64,000 bases of DNA from Candidatus Kapaibacterium sp. (GCA_044350705.1 JBILHA010000002.1:114295-178294), one strand, 5' to 3'. Shown: positions 9,821 to 22,380, counted from the stretch's first letter. Numbers and translations: made by a program. The notes: generated from the sequence alone by a model not told the origin.

Positions 9821-10543
9821 TTAAGATTTCTTTTCTTCTTTTTTGTCTTCACGAATCACCTTTGCTTTTCCCTCTTTTGCCGCCTGTGCGATGAGATTCG
9901 CGATGAGCGAAATGGAACTTACCGCATCATCATTTCCTGGGATCACATGCGCAATACCTGCAGGGTTTACATTGGTGTCCACGAGCGCTACCACCGGAAG
10001 GCCTACGGATTGCGCCTCGCGGATAACGGTCTTTTCATTTCGCGCATCCACGACGAAGAGCGCATCTGGCATACGCGTAAGCGTCGAGATACCTCCGATT
10101 TTTTCATCGAGCTCTGCAATTTCACGATCGAAGTTGAGCTGCTCGAGCTTGGTGTACTTCTTGAGCTCGCCCTTTTCACGCTTGTCCTTGAGGCCCAAGT
10201 AGTGACGAAGGAGGCGCTGGATTTGCGGCCAGTTCGTAATCGTTCCTCCAAGCCAACGGCTCGTAACGTACGGCATTCCACAAGCCTTTGCTGCTTCAGC
10301 AACTGCCTGCTGTGCCTGACGCTTTGTTCCCACAAAAAGAACAACGCCGCCCTTTGCAGTAATGTCGGATACGAAGCGCATTGCGCTCTCCAACTGTTCT
10401 TGTGTTTTTTCCACGTCGACAACGTGTACGCCCTTGCGGGTACCAAAAATGAATTGCTTCATCTTTGGGTGCCAGTGCTCACTGCGGTGACCAAAGTGCA
10501 CACCTGCCTTCACCAAATCCTGTACTGACGGAAGAGTAGCCAT
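9821..10543 (-). CDS. rpsB: 30S ribosomal protein uS2
   Basis: AGVHFGH, RWLGGTITN, VDTN, PGNDD. Confidence 0.98.
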   Translation of the reverse strand: MATLPSVQDLVKAGVHFGHRSEHWHPKMKQFIFGTRKGVHVVDVEKTQEQLESAMRFVSDITAKGGVVLFVGTKRQAQQAVAEAAKACGMPYVTSRWLGGTITNWPQIQRLLRHYLGLKDKREKGELKKYTKLEQLNFDREIAELDEKIGGISTLTRMPDALFVVDARNEKTVIREAQSVGLPVVALVDTNVNPAGIAHVIPGNDDAVSSISLIANLIAQAAKEGKAKVIREDKKEEKKS

Positions 10544-10701
10544 AATGATGGTTCCTTTTTTCCACGATGCCTCGGAAAGCGCCCTGCCTTTTTGCAAGGC
10601 TAGGGAGGATACTTTCCGGTTTTAAGCACCTGAGAGATAAAAAATTAAAAATGTGCCAAAATTGGCGAGAAAAGAGTACCGTGAGAAGCGAAAAGTGTCA
10701 A
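10544..10701 (-). promoter_or_regulatory. sigma70 promoter and structured leader of rpsB-tsf
   Basis: TTGACA-17-TACTCT on the minus strand; the leader can pair CGGAAAG with CTTTCCG. Confidence 0.55.
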
Positions 10702-10752
10702 TGTGAAAGGGATTCCGCGTGGCAGCGTAGGGAGATTGCAGGCACGAGCGTT

Positions 10753-11766
10753 CTACACGATCAGCATGGCATCCCCAAACGAGAAAAATCGATACCTTTG
10801 CTCAACCGCTTCTTTATATGCGGCAAGGACATATTCCTTGCTCGCAAAAGCTGAAACGAGCATCAGGAGGGTCGATTTTGGGAGATGAAAATTCGTGATA
10901 AGCCCGTCAATGACCTTGAAGGCATACCCGGGGGTAATAAAAACATTGAGATTGCCTGCATAGGCAATAAGGCTCCCCTGGGTCGTCGCAATACCCTCGA
11001 GCAAGCGCGTTGTCGTAGTTCCTACTGCAATAATCCGTCGCCCCTCTTGCTTTGCCTGGCGAAGGCGCTCTGCAACATCTTTACGAAGCTCAACCATTTC
11101 TGCATGCATGACATGATCTTCAATGAATTCGGACTGTACGGGACGAAATGTTCCAATCCCTACATGAAGAATAACCTCTTCAATCTGCACCCCCTTTGCA
11201 CGAATACGCTGTAAAAGCTCAGGGGTAAAGTGCAGGCCGGCAGTTGGCGCAGCTACTGATCCGATTTCTTTTGCATAGACGGTCTGATACTGCTCATCCG
11301 AAATGTTTTTTGATTCCACGTAGGGCGGCGTGGGGATCTCCCCATGCTTTTCGCAGAATGCAAACATGTCTTCCGCGGATAGGTTTGTTTTTATGCGCAC
11401 TACCCCGTCTTCTTGTTTTTCGATGATTTCAAATGCATGCGCAAATAGGGCGATGGTGGAACCGACGGGAAATTTTTTCCCCGGACGAACGAGTGCTTCA
11501 ACCTCCCCTTCTCCAATACGCAAAACAAATACCTCTATCTTTCCATCTTCACTCACTAAACGCGCTCGAAATACTTTCGTTGCGTTAAAAACGAGCACAT
11601 CCCCCGCCTTCAATTCGTCGAGGATATCGGTAAACACCTGATGCTTCCGCACTCCCGAGAACCTCTCCAGCACCAAAAGCCGGGAGGAATCCCGCGGCTC
11701 TGCAGGGTGTTGCGCAATGAGCTCTTCGGGGAGAAAATAGTCGAATGTAGAGACCGGAGTAGGCAT
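10753..11766 (-). CDS. queA: SAM:tRNA ribosyltransferase-isomerase
   Basis: FDYFLPEELIAQ, YQTVYA, AAPTAGLHFT, TNFHLPKS, FFSFGDAM. Confidence 0.97.
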   Translation of the reverse strand: MPTPVSTFDYFLPEELIAQHPAEPRDSSRLLVLERFSGVRKHQVFTDILDELKAGDVLVFNATKVFRARLVSEDGKIEVFVLRIGEGEVEALVRPGKKFPVGSTIALFAHAFEIIEKQEDGVVRIKTNLSAEDMFAFCEKHGEIPTPPYVESKNISDEQYQTVYAKEIGSVAAPTAGLHFTPELLQRIRAKGVQIEEVILHVGIGTFRPVQSEFIEDHVMHAEMVELRKDVAERLRQAKQEGRRIIAVGTTTTRLLEGIATTQGSLIAYAGNLNVFITPGYAFKVIDGLITNFHLPKSTLLMLVSAFASKEYVLAAYKEAVEQRYRFFSFGDAMLIV

Positions 11767-11935
11767 AATCAGACATGCGTAAAATAGCCGTGAAAGAAGA
11801 ATTATAGGGGGTATAGCCTCTTCGTGCAATGGCACGTTAACACCCTCCACACCTCTCTAGCCTCAAAAAATCCCCCGCTTTTATTGACATTCATTTCAGA
11901 ATCCCGTACACTATTGGCAACTCATTTTTTGGCTT

Positions 11936-12250
11936 ATGAAAGCAAATATCCATCCAGAATACTTCCCTACCGCAACCATCGCTTGCGCATGTGGAGCAAC
12001 CTACACCACAGGTTCGGTGAAGGAACATATTGATATTGAATTGTGCGCAGCCTGCCACCCATTCTTTACCGGGAAGCAAAAGATTGTTGATACTGCTCGT
12101 CGTGTTGAGAAGTTCACCAACCGCGTTGAGGCAAAGGCTGATGGCGTTGCTACTGCGAAAGAAAAGGCTGCAAAGAAAGCAGAACGCGCGAAGGCAAAAG
12201 AAGCAAAGCGCGCTGATCGCGACACTTCCATCAAATCCGTTAATCGTTAA
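11936..12250 (+). CDS. rpmE: 50S ribosomal protein bL31 (Zn type) with a Lys/Ala-rich C-terminal tail
   Basis: [21 protein letters not shown]; TTGACA-17-TACACT promoter upstream. Confidence 0.96.
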   Translation: MKANIHPEYFPTATIACACGATYTTGSVKEHIDIELCAACHPFFTGKQKIVDTARRVEKFTNRVEAKADGVATAKEKAAKKAERAKAKEAKRADRDTSIKSVNR

Positions 12251-12313
12251 ATACCTTCATGCAGAACGCCTCTCGTTTTTACGGAAGGCGTTTTGTATTA
12301 TGTGAAGAATCAA

Positions 12314-12434
12314 GTGTTATTCTGAGGGAGCTTCCAGCTAGACCACGCGCCCTGAGCGTGAGCGAAGGGAAGCATCTTCCTCAGGACCGGCAAGTCAGGC
12401 AAATAGCCTGACAAGTAGCCGCTCAGGATGACAC
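12314..12434. repeat. REP/MITE-like palindromic element
   Basis: Arms GTGTTATTCTGAG and CTCAGGATGACAC; internal CCCTGAGCGTGAGCGAAGGG and a GTCAGGC/GCCTGAC hairpin. Confidence 0.65.
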
Positions 12435-12447
12435 CCTCCCCCTCTCT

Positions 12448-13539
12448 ATGGATTTCTCCTCTCTTATTCAAGAAAAGCGAAAAGAAAAACTGGAGCTTGA
12501 ATCTCAACTGAGTGATCCGGCGGTTTTAGCGCATCCGAAAAAACTCAAAGAAGTGAATATCGCTTATCATCTCCTGAGTAAAACCCTTGCGGTAGCGGAT
12601 ATCTACGAAACCCTCGTAAAAAATCGTGAAAGCGCTTTGCAGGCCATGAAAGAAACCTCTGACGCGGAGCTTCGCGCAATGGCAGAAGAAGAAATTGCCG
12701 CATGTGACGCACAGCTCCCGGAGGCCGAAAAAGCCCTTGAGCTCGCGCTCCTTCCCCAAGATCCCATGGATGCCCATGATGCAATTTTGGAAATTCGTGC
12801 GGGCACCGGAGGAGATGAAGCTGCACTTTTCGCAGGAGATTTGTTCCGCATGTATACCCGTTATGCAGAACGAAATGGCTGGAGAGCCCATATTCTCTCC
12901 CAGTCTCAAAATGACCTTGGAGGACTTAAAGAAATTATCTTCGAACTTCAGGGCGAAGGCGCTTTCGGCATCATGAAGCTCGAGAGTGGCGTGCACCGCG
13001 TACAACGCGTGCCTACCACCGAAAAGGCAGGGCGTATTCACACCTCTACTGCAACGGTCGCCGTTCTTCCTAAACTTGAAGAGGAAGACTTTTCCCTGAA
13101 CATGAAGGATGTCACGATCGAAGCAACGACAAGCCAAGGCGCAGGAGGACAGTCGGTAAACACCACGTATTCTTCCTGTCGTGTCGTGCACGTGCCCACC
13201 GGAACTACGGTCGTTTGTCAGGATGAGCGTTCATTCTCTCAGAACCGGGACCGTGCACTTTCCGTGCTACGCGCTCGCGTATATGCGGCTGAACAAGAAA
13301 AGAAGCGTGCCGCCCTTGATGCGGAGCGTCGTGGACAGATCGGCAGTGGCGAACGTTCTGAAAAAATTCGCACGTATAATTTCCCTCAGGACCGGGTAAC
13401 CGATCACCGCATTAAAGAAAGCTGGCATAGTCTTCCACTCATTCTCGATGGAGATATTCAGCACATTATCGACGCTCTTCGTCTTGCCGCTCGTGATGCG
13501 TCATTCGCTGACCTCAGCTCTGAAGATGACGACGAATAA
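12448..13539 (+). CDS. prfA: Peptide chain release factor 1
   Basis: [12 protein letters not shown] (PxT), GAGGQ, RTYNFPQ. Confidence 0.97.
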   Translation: MDFSSLIQEKRKEKLELESQLSDPAVLAHPKKLKEVNIAYHLLSKTLAVADIYETLVKNRESALQAMKETSDAELRAMAEEEIAACDAQLPEAEKALELALLPQDPMDAHDAILEIRAGTGGDEAALFAGDLFRMYTRYAERNGWRAHILSQSQNDLGGLKEIIFELQGEGAFGIMKLESGVHRVQRVPTTEKAGRIHTSTATVAVLPKLEEEDFSLNMKDVTIEATTSQGAGGQSVNTTYSSCRVVHVPTGTTVVCQDERSFSQNRDRALSVLRARVYAAEQEKKRAALDAERRGQIGSGERSEKIRTYNFPQDRVTDHRIKESWHSLPLILDGDIQHIIDALRLAARDASFADLSSEDDDE

Positions 13540-14437
13540 CCTCACTATTCTTTCCGCTCTTGAACAAGGAGCACATACCCTCAAGCGCGCTTGGGAAGGG
13601 GTGTATTTTGATGCTCCCCCCAACGCAAAATTCGATACACAGGTACTTCTCTGCGCCATCCTTCACAAGCCCGCCGCATATCTTTTTGCACATGGGGGAG
13701 ATCAGCTCTCTGAGGAACAGACATTAGCCTTTTTTATGGCGATTGAGCGACGCTCCAAACACGAGCCCGTTGCACTCATTACCAGTGAGAAAGCTTTTTT
13801 TGGGCGTGATTTTCATGTTACTAAAGACACTCTTATCCCGCGTCCAGAAACAGAAGTCCTCATTGAAACTGTTCTCCCCCTAATTACGCCTTCCACACTT
13901 GTTATCGACGTAGGAACAGGAAGCGGAGCCATCAGCATAACCCTCGCATGCGAAAGTGAAGCGCCTGTTGTTGCTACCGACATCTCTCTCAACGCTCTTG
14001 AGGTCGCAAAAAGGAATGCGCTTCGTCACGGAGTTACCGATCACATCAGCTTCCTTCAGGGCAATCTTCTTCTCCCCTTTTTTCCGGTTTTCGCACAATG
14101 GCCTCCTCATTTTCCCGTCGACCATCTTTTGGTCTGTGCAAATCTTCCCTATCTCACCACCCATCAATGGGAAGCGCTTGATCCAAACGTGAAAAATTTT
14201 GAACCCAGGACTGCGTTAGTAGGTGGTTATACCGGCCTTGAGCTCTATGACGAATTGCTCATGCAAATAAAAGCGAAGCGCTCATCGCTTCCAAAAAATA
14301 TTACCCTTGCATGCGAGATTGATCCCGCACAAAAAGATAAGCTTCCTAAGATCATTCATGCGCACTTCCCCGCTGCTGGCATCGTTATTCTCTACGATCT
14401 TGCACGCTTGCCTCGGCTCGTACTCGCAACATTGTAA
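13526..14437 (+). CDS. prmC: Release factor glutamine methyltransferase
   Basis: [20 protein letters not shown]; overlaps the prfA stop. Confidence 0.94.
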   Translation: MTTNNLTILSALEQGAHTLKRAWEGVYFDAPPNAKFDTQVLLCAILHKPAAYLFAHGGDQLSEEQTLAFFMAIERRSKHEPVALITSEKAFFGRDFHVTKDTLIPRPETEVLIETVLPLITPSTLVIDVGTGSGAISITLACESEAPVVATDISLNALEVAKRNALRHGVTDHISFLQGNLLLPFFPVFAQWPPHFPVDHLLVCANLPYLTTHQWEALDPNVKNFEPRTALVGGYTGLELYDELLMQIKAKRSSLPKNITLACEIDPAQKDKLPKIIHAHFPAAGIVILYDLARLPRLVLATL

Positions 14438-14495
14438 AAGATTTCCAGGATGACCGTGCATACACAGAAAAGAGACGCGCTCGGCGTCTCTTTTT

Positions 14496-15551
14496 TTATT
14501 GCACCTTTTCAAGATCATCTACGACCTCTATCCACGTTGTTCCCGGAGAGAAAATGATGGGTTCATCCGGATAGGTATTGAAGAATTGAAGCGGCTTATC
14601 AACGCCCTCTTTGGACCAGAGCGCATCCTGACAAATACCTAGCGAACATACGATCGCATTCCCCATACCTTCAGTGGTCAGCGCTCGGCGTCCGACCTCG
14701 TCTACCACCCGCATATCAGCCTCCATAATCACCACATTTTGTGCATCATAGGTATCTCCATCTGAAGAGGCTGCAACCGATGTGCCCTGCAGGCGAATGT
14801 AGGACTTTGATGCCGCATCACAGTCCCAGGTTACGTTGTAGGAAGGAGCACTTCCCCAAGAGAGGGTGATATTTTTACAATTTTCTTCACTTTCCCACAC
14901 GCCCTCTTCTCCATACTTCCACGCTGGACTCTTCCCCGCGGGAACGGAAAGGCGTGTCGCGGCACTCCACAGGAGTTCCGTTGAAGTGTATGCATTGTGA
15001 GGAGCTGAACGTGTCGTATCGCGCCAATATGAGGAGCCGTTTGAGTACTCATTTAATGTCGTGAGGTTTCGCGTTGCTCCCAAGCGCTGCAGCGCCTCCG
15101 GGCTTCCCCCTACGTGGCCGTACAGTGCACCAAATCCCTCAGCCCATGAGATGTAGTACGGGCGAGCTGAACGCACAGGTCCAATCTTTTCTACCTCATT
15201 TGCTTCGGTATAGCATGCCATAAAACGAGGAATGCCTCCTTCGACGGGAGCTTCAACTACAAAGAACGCATCTTCTACTCCGGAAAGCGGCCATGCATCC
15301 GAACTATTCTCTACCATGACACAGGCTATACGCGTATCTTCTGCTTCTCCCGTCAGAAGAGCCCCGGTGAATGGATCGCGATTTTTCTCCTCTTTAGACT
15401 GCTCTTCTTGCTGCTCAGGAGCCTCTACCGTCACTCCTCGAAAATTCATAGCAATCACCAAGAGGCACGCGACACCAAAAAGTCCCGCGATTCCCAACAA
15501 GAGCTGGACGCGCTGCTTTTTTGTCATTTTTTTGAAGGATGGAATATTCAT
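14496..15551 (-). CDS. DUF3048 (YerB-like) membrane-anchored protein
   Basis: N-terminal TM, VEGGIPRF, IGPVRSARPY, APHNAY, GTTWIEV. Confidence 0.85.
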   Translation of the reverse strand: MNIPSFKKMTKKQRVQLLLGIAGLFGVACLLVIAMNFRGVTVEAPEQQEEQSKEEKNRDPFTGALLTGEAEDTRIACVMVENSSDAWPLSGVEDAFFVVEAPVEGGIPRFMACYTEANEVEKIGPVRSARPYYISWAEGFGALYGHVGGSPEALQRLGATRNLTTLNEYSNGSSYWRDTTRSAPHNAYTSTELLWSAATRLSVPAGKSPAWKYGEEGVWESEENCKNITLSWGSAPSYNVTWDCDAASKSYIRLQGTSVAASSDGDTYDAQNVVIMEADMRVVDEVGRRALTTEGMGNAIVCSLGICQDALWSKEGVDKPLQFFNTYPDEPIIFSPGTTWIEVVDDLEKVQ

Positions 15552-15624
15552 ATATTTTGCTAGTATAGTTCTCTTTCCATGGTAAATCAAAAATCCCTCC
15601 GCATAAAGCGGAGGGATTTTTACA

Positions 15625-16290
15625 CTACTTCTTTTCGTTTTCACCTTCACCCTCTTCATCCTTCTTCTCGGTGAGTACCTCTACCTTTGATACATCGAAA
15701 TCAACTGCTTCGTTGAGTGCGGCAAGTTCTTCTTCAGAACGAGGAGCCTGTACGGAAGCTATTGCCGTTTCAGCATCGTCCTTCACCTCGATTCCTTCAG
15801 GAACGACGATATCGGAGACACGTACTACATCATCAAACGTTGCAAGCTTGGCAATGTCTACCTCGATTTCAGAAACAAGCTTATCGGGAAGTGCGAATAC
15901 TTCGAGTTCTTCGAGCGACTGAATAAGGGTACCTCCAAGATTTTTTACCGCGGAAGATTCACCTACCAAAACGATGCGAATATTTGCCTCGATCTTCTTA
16001 GAGCGGTCTACGCGGCGGAAATCGATATGGGTAAAGAAGTCCGTCAATGGATCACGCTGAACATCAGCAATGAGCACCGGGTGGGCAACGCCATCGATCG
16101 TAAGATCAACAACCGTACTTTCACCTGCCTGGGCATATACCTTTACAAAGGCATTGCGATCTACAACGATATTTGTTGGCTCGGTACCGAATCCGTACAT
16201 TACTGCGGGAACAGAACCAGCGGCGCGCAAAGCATCCGTGGCACGACCGGTAATTTCGCGCTTCTGCGCGTCAATAGTTGCATGCTGCAT
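15625..16290 (-). CDS. rplY: 50S ribosomal protein bL25/Ctc
   Basis: LRAAGSVPAVMYG, HIDF, Ctc C-domain. Confidence 0.95.
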   Translation of the reverse strand: MQHATIDAQKREITGRATDALRAAGSVPAVMYGFGTEPTNIVVDRNAFVKVYAQAGESTVVDLTIDGVAHPVLIADVQRDPLTDFFTHIDFRRVDRSKKIEANIRIVLVGESSAVKNLGGTLIQSLEELEVFALPDKLVSEIEVDIAKLATFDDVVRVSDIVVPEGIEVKDDAETAIASVQAPRSEEELAALNEAVDFDVSKVEVLTEKKDEEGEGENEKK

Positions 16291-16326
16291 ATCGGGCGAT
16301 ATTCTGCCAAAAAAAGGGGGTAAGTG

Positions 16327-17445
16327 TCAAATTCCTTCACTGGTATTTGCGGAATTTACGCGAACTTCCCAAATAACGCGAAGAATCATCCCTAAAAGCA
16401 AGATCGTCATCAGGAGAGAACTTCCCCCGTAGCTCACGAGCGGCAAGGTAATCCCTGTTGCAGGCAAAATGGCCATATTTGTCCCCATGTGAATAACCAT
16501 AGGGATGAGGAAGAGCGCCGCGCCTCCAAAGAGGAAGGAGCGCATAAATCGGTCTCGTGCGGAAAAGGCTGCGAAAAGAATACGGGCAACCAAAAATGCA
16601 AATGCCCCCAGTACAAAAGCCGCACCAATAAAACCAAATTCTTCTGCGATCACCGCAAAAATGAAGTCCGTCTGACTTTCTGGCAGGAACTGCAACTGGC
16701 TCTGACTTCCCCCTCCAAACCCTCTTCCAAGCCAACCCCCTGACCCAATGGCGACCATTGCCTGATTCACGTTATACCCCGTTCCCAACGGATCGGCCGT
16801 GGGATCTAGAAATGTCGCGATACGGTCTTTTTGGTATTGGGAAAAAATAAAACTCCATCCTAAGAAGGTAAACAGTACCGCCCCCCCTATTCCCGCCGCT
16901 ATCCAGCGCAAGGAAATCCCCGAAAAAAAGAGCATCATCGCCGCAACACCTGCAAGAAGCACGGTTCCACCGAGATCCGGCTGACGAATCACGAGCACTG
17001 CTGCAGCAAATAACGCGACCGCCACTCGAAAGACCGTTCTTCGTTTCAAAGGATAAGCATCGTCTTCGGCGAGTAATGAAGCGGTATAGAGTACAAATGC
17101 AATTTTTGCCCATTCAATAGGCTGAAAAGCAAATCCCCCGAGTTCAAACCATCCTTTTGCGTTGTTATAGGCCTGGCCAAAAAAGAGGACGAGCACTAAG
17201 AGCGCAAGCGCAACCAACCATGCAAGCTTTGCATATTGTCGAAGCGCCACGGCAGGTCGCGTCAGAATAATCACCGCTCCTGCTATTCCCAATCCTGCAG
17301 CAATGAGTTGCTTGCGGAGAAAAGGAAAAGATCCCGCTGATTGCGAGAGCTCTACCGATCCAATTGCGGCAAGGCCCATAAAAAACAACAGCACTACCGC
17401 AACGAGTATCCACCAATCAAAACGAGCAAGAGAAAGATGACGCAT
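16327..17445 (-). CDS. rodA: SEDS protein RodA/FtsW
   Basis: FQPIEWAK, QPDLG, GSGG, LPESQTDFIFAVIAEE, LPLVSYGGSS. Confidence 0.9.
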   Translation of the reverse strand: MRHLSLARFDWWILVAVVLLFFMGLAAIGSVELSQSAGSFPFLRKQLIAAGLGIAGAVIILTRPAVALRQYAKLAWLVALALLVLVLFFGQAYNNAKGWFELGGFAFQPIEWAKIAFVLYTASLLAEDDAYPLKRRTVFRVAVALFAAAVLVIRQPDLGGTVLLAGVAAMMLFFSGISLRWIAAGIGGAVLFTFLGWSFIFSQYQKDRIATFLDPTADPLGTGYNVNQAMVAIGSGGWLGRGFGGGSQSQLQFLPESQTDFIFAVIAEEFGFIGAAFVLGAFAFLVARILFAAFSARDRFMRSFLFGGAALFLIPMVIHMGTNMAILPATGITLPLVSYGGSSLLMTILLLGMILRVIWEVRVNSANTSEGI

Positions 17446-17462
17446 GCCTCTATGCTAAAGCA

Positions 17463-18395
17463 CTAGTCTTCCGTCGTCCATCTGCTGCGTGCATCATTTA
17501 CCGATGATGCCTCAGGATTCATATAGGCCCTCTTTTCAAAATACGGAATACGCGGCGTCACGGTTACGGTGGCCGTTTGAGGAAGCTCTCCGAACCATCG
17601 CAAATCAATTGTTCGTTTTTCTCCTGCTTTGAACTTTGCCGCTGTAATCTCCGTAATGCCTAGCAAGATTGATCCACGGAATATTTGTACCGTGAAGGCG
17701 GGCTCCCAATAACTATAGGGCGTATGATTGGTTACGGAAAATGTCGTTCGAGAAACCGTAGCATCGGTATAGGCAATATCTCGTGCAAACACGACATCCG
17801 CAACGCTGAATGCCGAGTGCTCGCTATACCAGGCGTTTACATTGGGCACCTCCTGCGGTGCGAGGTATATCCAAGTAATATCGGAAAGCTCCAGCGCAAC
17901 ATCTTTTGGTTTTCCTGCTGTTGCGCGCGCAGCAATAAAATACGCTTTTTCTCCGGGACTTAAGAACCCTTTTTTTTCTTCTGTTTTCCCATCCGCATGG
18001 GTAAACACATACGTGAATTCTCCTGCATGTCGGCCATTCGGATTCTCTACCTGCACGTACAGATCATATTTTCCTCCACTTCCCGTAGCGACACTTTGCA
18101 CGCTTCCCACCAGAAGCTCCGCAGGGGCTGCATTCGTTGCACGCGCGTGCGTCATTCCACTATTTGCTAATAAGGTATTTTTGTATGCGCTGTCTTGAAA
18201 AATCCCTTGTACGCCATACCACCCTACGGTTGCGATAAAAAACATGATCATGATCGCCACTACCGCTCCCCATGCAAGAAAAAATGCCTCCACCAAACGT
18301 GGACGCGTCGTCACGACGGTGACATTTTTTCGATACTCACGCTCAATGCTTTGAATGTCTTGAGAAAGCGCGGTAATAGGTGGCTTTTCAGTCAT
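17463..18395 (-). CDS. Hypothetical single-TM protein with beta-rich extracellular domains
   Basis: One TM near the N-terminus; VQVENPN motif; GGAGG upstream of MTEKPP. Confidence 0.75.
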   Translation of the reverse strand: MTEKPPITALSQDIQSIEREYRKNVTVVTTRPRLVEAFFLAWGAVVAIMIMFFIATVGWYGVQGIFQDSAYKNTLLANSGMTHARATNAAPAELLVGSVQSVATGSGGKYDLYVQVENPNGRHAGEFTYVFTHADGKTEEKKGFLSPGEKAYFIAARATAGKPKDVALELSDITWIYLAPQEVPNVNAWYSEHSAFSVADVVFARDIAYTDATVSRTTFSVTNHTPYSYWEPAFTVQIFRGSILLGITEITAAKFKAGEKRTIDLRWFGELPQTATVTVTPRIPYFEKRAYMNPEASSVNDARSRWTTED

Positions 18396-18434
18396 ACTCC
18401 TCCATACACATGGTATCACAGGACGACCTTGTGA

Positions 18435-20471
<2,037 letters not shown>

Positions 20472-20475
20472 GCGA

Positions 20476-20510
20476 ACAAAAAAACTCTCCCGATTGGAGA
20501 GTTTTTTGTT
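20476..20510. terminator. Bidirectional intrinsic terminator
   Basis: AAAAAAACTCTCC-CGATT-GGAGAGTTTTTT. Confidence 0.85.
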
Positions 20511-20645
20511 TGCGCGGACCACGTATCTTCTCTTTACGCCAGAGGCGTACAGAAGAGATACATAGGCCCGCGCGAACGATGCGAGCCCTCCCGTTCTAGA
20601 AGAGAACGAGACGGGGACGCGCGGCGCGTCCCCGATGTCAGCCGG

Positions 20646-20834
20646 CTACCGCCGGCCCTCGTTGCGGTGGCCGTCGCCGCCACCCTTGCTGGGCGTCTCG
20701 AGGGGGTGCTGGCTCATGGCCGCCGATCCACCCCTGAAGTTAACCGGTGCCCCCGGGGGGGCAAAATTGTGGGGACGTGGGTCCTGGTCTTTGTCTTTCC
20801 CCATGCGGGGCGTGAACCTATTTTTCTGGGCCAT
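20646..20834 (-). CDS. 62-aa GC-rich, Gly/Pro/Arg-rich small protein, or an ORF inside a structured RNA
   Basis: AAGGAGGT SD and a TTGAAA-16-TATAAT promoter directly upstream. Confidence 0.55.
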   Translation of the reverse strand: MAQKNRFTPRMGKDKDQDPRPHNFAPPGAPVNFRGGSAAMSQHPLETPSKGGGDGHRNEGRR

Positions 20835-20910
20835 CTCGACCTCCTTGCCGCAAGGCGGGTGCTATTATACAGAAATGAGCGGCTTTTTCAAGCCCCCCCC
20901 TCCCCCGCAT

Positions 20911-21006
20911 ATGCTTCAACGCCCATCGCAAACTGCGCTTATCCTTGCGGCAATTCCCGGTTTTGGTATTTTGCTCGCATTCCTTCTTGCGTATTTCTTT
21001 AGGTAG
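20911..21006 (+). CDS. 31-aa single-TM peptide
   Basis: MLQRPSQTALILAAIPGFGILLAFLLAYFFR; ATG in an SD-less pyrimidine-rich context like other genes here. Confidence 0.45.
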   Translation: MLQRPSQTALILAAIPGFGILLAFLLAYFFR

Positions 21007-21056
21007 CGTATACTAAGGCCGTTGTCCCCCAAAAGGGGATTTTAAAATAGAAAATT

Positions 21057-21257
21057 ATGCTTAGAACCCTTCCCCGCCGTGCAGCGAGCTATTTCGCTGA
21101 AGTGCGCACTGAAATGGAAAAAGTGGCTTGGCCTACACAAAAAATGACGCTTCTCTACAGCGCTTTTGTTGTCGGAGCATGCATCGTCTTTGCCCTTTAC
21201 TTCGGCATTGTCGACTTTGGTCTCACCGAGCTTGTCAACCTTCTTCTTACCCGCTAA
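21057..21257 (+). CDS. secE: Preprotein translocase SecE
   Basis: EMEKVAWPT motif, one TM, upstream of nusG. Confidence 0.93.
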   Translation: MLRTLPRRAASYFAEVRTEMEKVAWPTQKMTLLYSAFVVGACIVFALYFGIVDFGLTELVNLLLTR

Positions 21258-21268
21258 TCGCCCTTTTT

Positions 21269-21814
21269 ATGGCAAAACAAACCGCCAATTACGGTCGCCG
21301 CTGGTACGCAATTCATACGTATTCCGGTTACGAGGAAGCTGTTGCAGACGCTCTGAAACAGCGTATCGATACCATGGACATGGAAGAAAAGATCTTCAAT
21401 ATCATGGTTCCTAAGGAAAAAAAGATTAAGATCAAGAACGGTGCGCGCAAGGTTATTGAAGAAAAGATCTTCCCTGGATACGTTCTTGTGGAAATGCTTG
21501 TTACCGACGATTCTTGGTACGTCGTGCGCAATACGCCTAACGTTACCGGTTTCATTGGTACGGGAAACACCCCTACCCCTATCGCACAAGAAGAAGTCGA
21601 TGCACTTCTCAAACGCGTAGGCGCATCCGATCCTGAATTCAAGATCGATGTTACCAAGGGCGACATGGTTACCATTTCCGACGGTCCGTTTAAAGGACAA
21701 AATGCTAAAGTTGAAGCGGTTGATGATGCTCGTGGCAAGGTAAAAGTCTTCGTTTCCATGTTCGGTCGCGAAACTTCCCTTGAGCTCGATTTTCTCCAAG
21801 TCAAAAAAGTTTAA
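21269..21814 (+). CDS. nusG: Transcription factor NusG
   Basis: [30 protein letters not shown] domain. Confidence 0.97.
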   Translation: MAKQTANYGRRWYAIHTYSGYEEAVADALKQRIDTMDMEEKIFNIMVPKEKKIKIKNGARKVIEEKIFPGYVLVEMLVTDDSWYVVRNTPNVTGFIGTGNTPTPIAQEEVDALLKRVGASDPEFKIDVTKGDMVTISDGPFKGQNAKVEAVDDARGKVKVFVSMFGRETSLELDFLQVKKV

Positions 21815-21954
21815 CCATCAAACACCCCATGAGTTTTCCCTCCTGGGGTGTTTTATTTGACTTTTTTCCCCAATCTTGGCACTATCTTGGCACTTATTCA
21901 CGAGGTGGTTGCTCCCTTTTTTGGAGAGTCCACTGTAAAAAGTTCTCGTCTCAT

Positions 21955-22380
21955 ATGGCAAAGAAAATCAAAGCCGTATTGAAGGTGCAGGCTACGGGTG
22001 GCGCAGCTACCCCCGCACCACCACTTGGTCCGGTACTTGGTCAGCAGGGTATCCCAATTCAGCAGTTCGTTACGGAATTTAACGCTGCAACGCAAGATCG
22101 TCGTGGCGAAGTTGTTCCTGCAGTGATTACGGTGTACGAAGATCGAACGTTCTCGTTCATCCTCAAAACCGCTCCTGCATCTGAACTCATCAAGAAGGAG
22201 CTCAGTCTCAAGACCGGTTCTGGAAAGCCAAATCAGGAAAAACTTGGAAAACTTTCTCGCGAACAGCTCAAACGCATCGCTGAAAAGAAGCTTCCTGACC
22301 TCAACACCAAAGATGTTGAAAAAGCAATGAAGATCATTGCGGGTACCGCACGTCAGATGGGTGTTGATACCGAGATCTAA
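21955..22380 (+). CDS. rplK: 50S ribosomal protein uL11
   Basis: [19 protein letters not shown]. Confidence 0.97.
   Translation: MAKKIKAVLKVQATGGAATPAPPLGPVLGQQGIPIQQFVTEFNAATQDRRGEVVPAVITVYEDRTFSFILKTAPASELIKKELSLKTGSGKPNQEKLGKLSREQLKRIAEKKLPDLNTKDVEKAMKIIAGTARQMGVDTEI

Noticed and set aside
9434-10528. 364-aa plus-strand ORF and many similar long antisense ORFs (e.g. 19725-20522, 40476-41294, 53942-54811)
   Set aside because: Antisense shadows of well-supported genes (tsf/rpsB, gyrB, dnaE, clp), with no motifs of their own
20476-20860. tmRNA, RNase P or SRP RNA
   Set aside because: No tRNA-like ends with CCA, no GAGGAAAGUCC and no SRP GGAA-loop motif; kept only as an unknown unit
21007-21056. 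tRNA-Trp or rpmG upstream of secE
   Set aside because: No cloverleaf or T-loop motif, and no L33-like ORF
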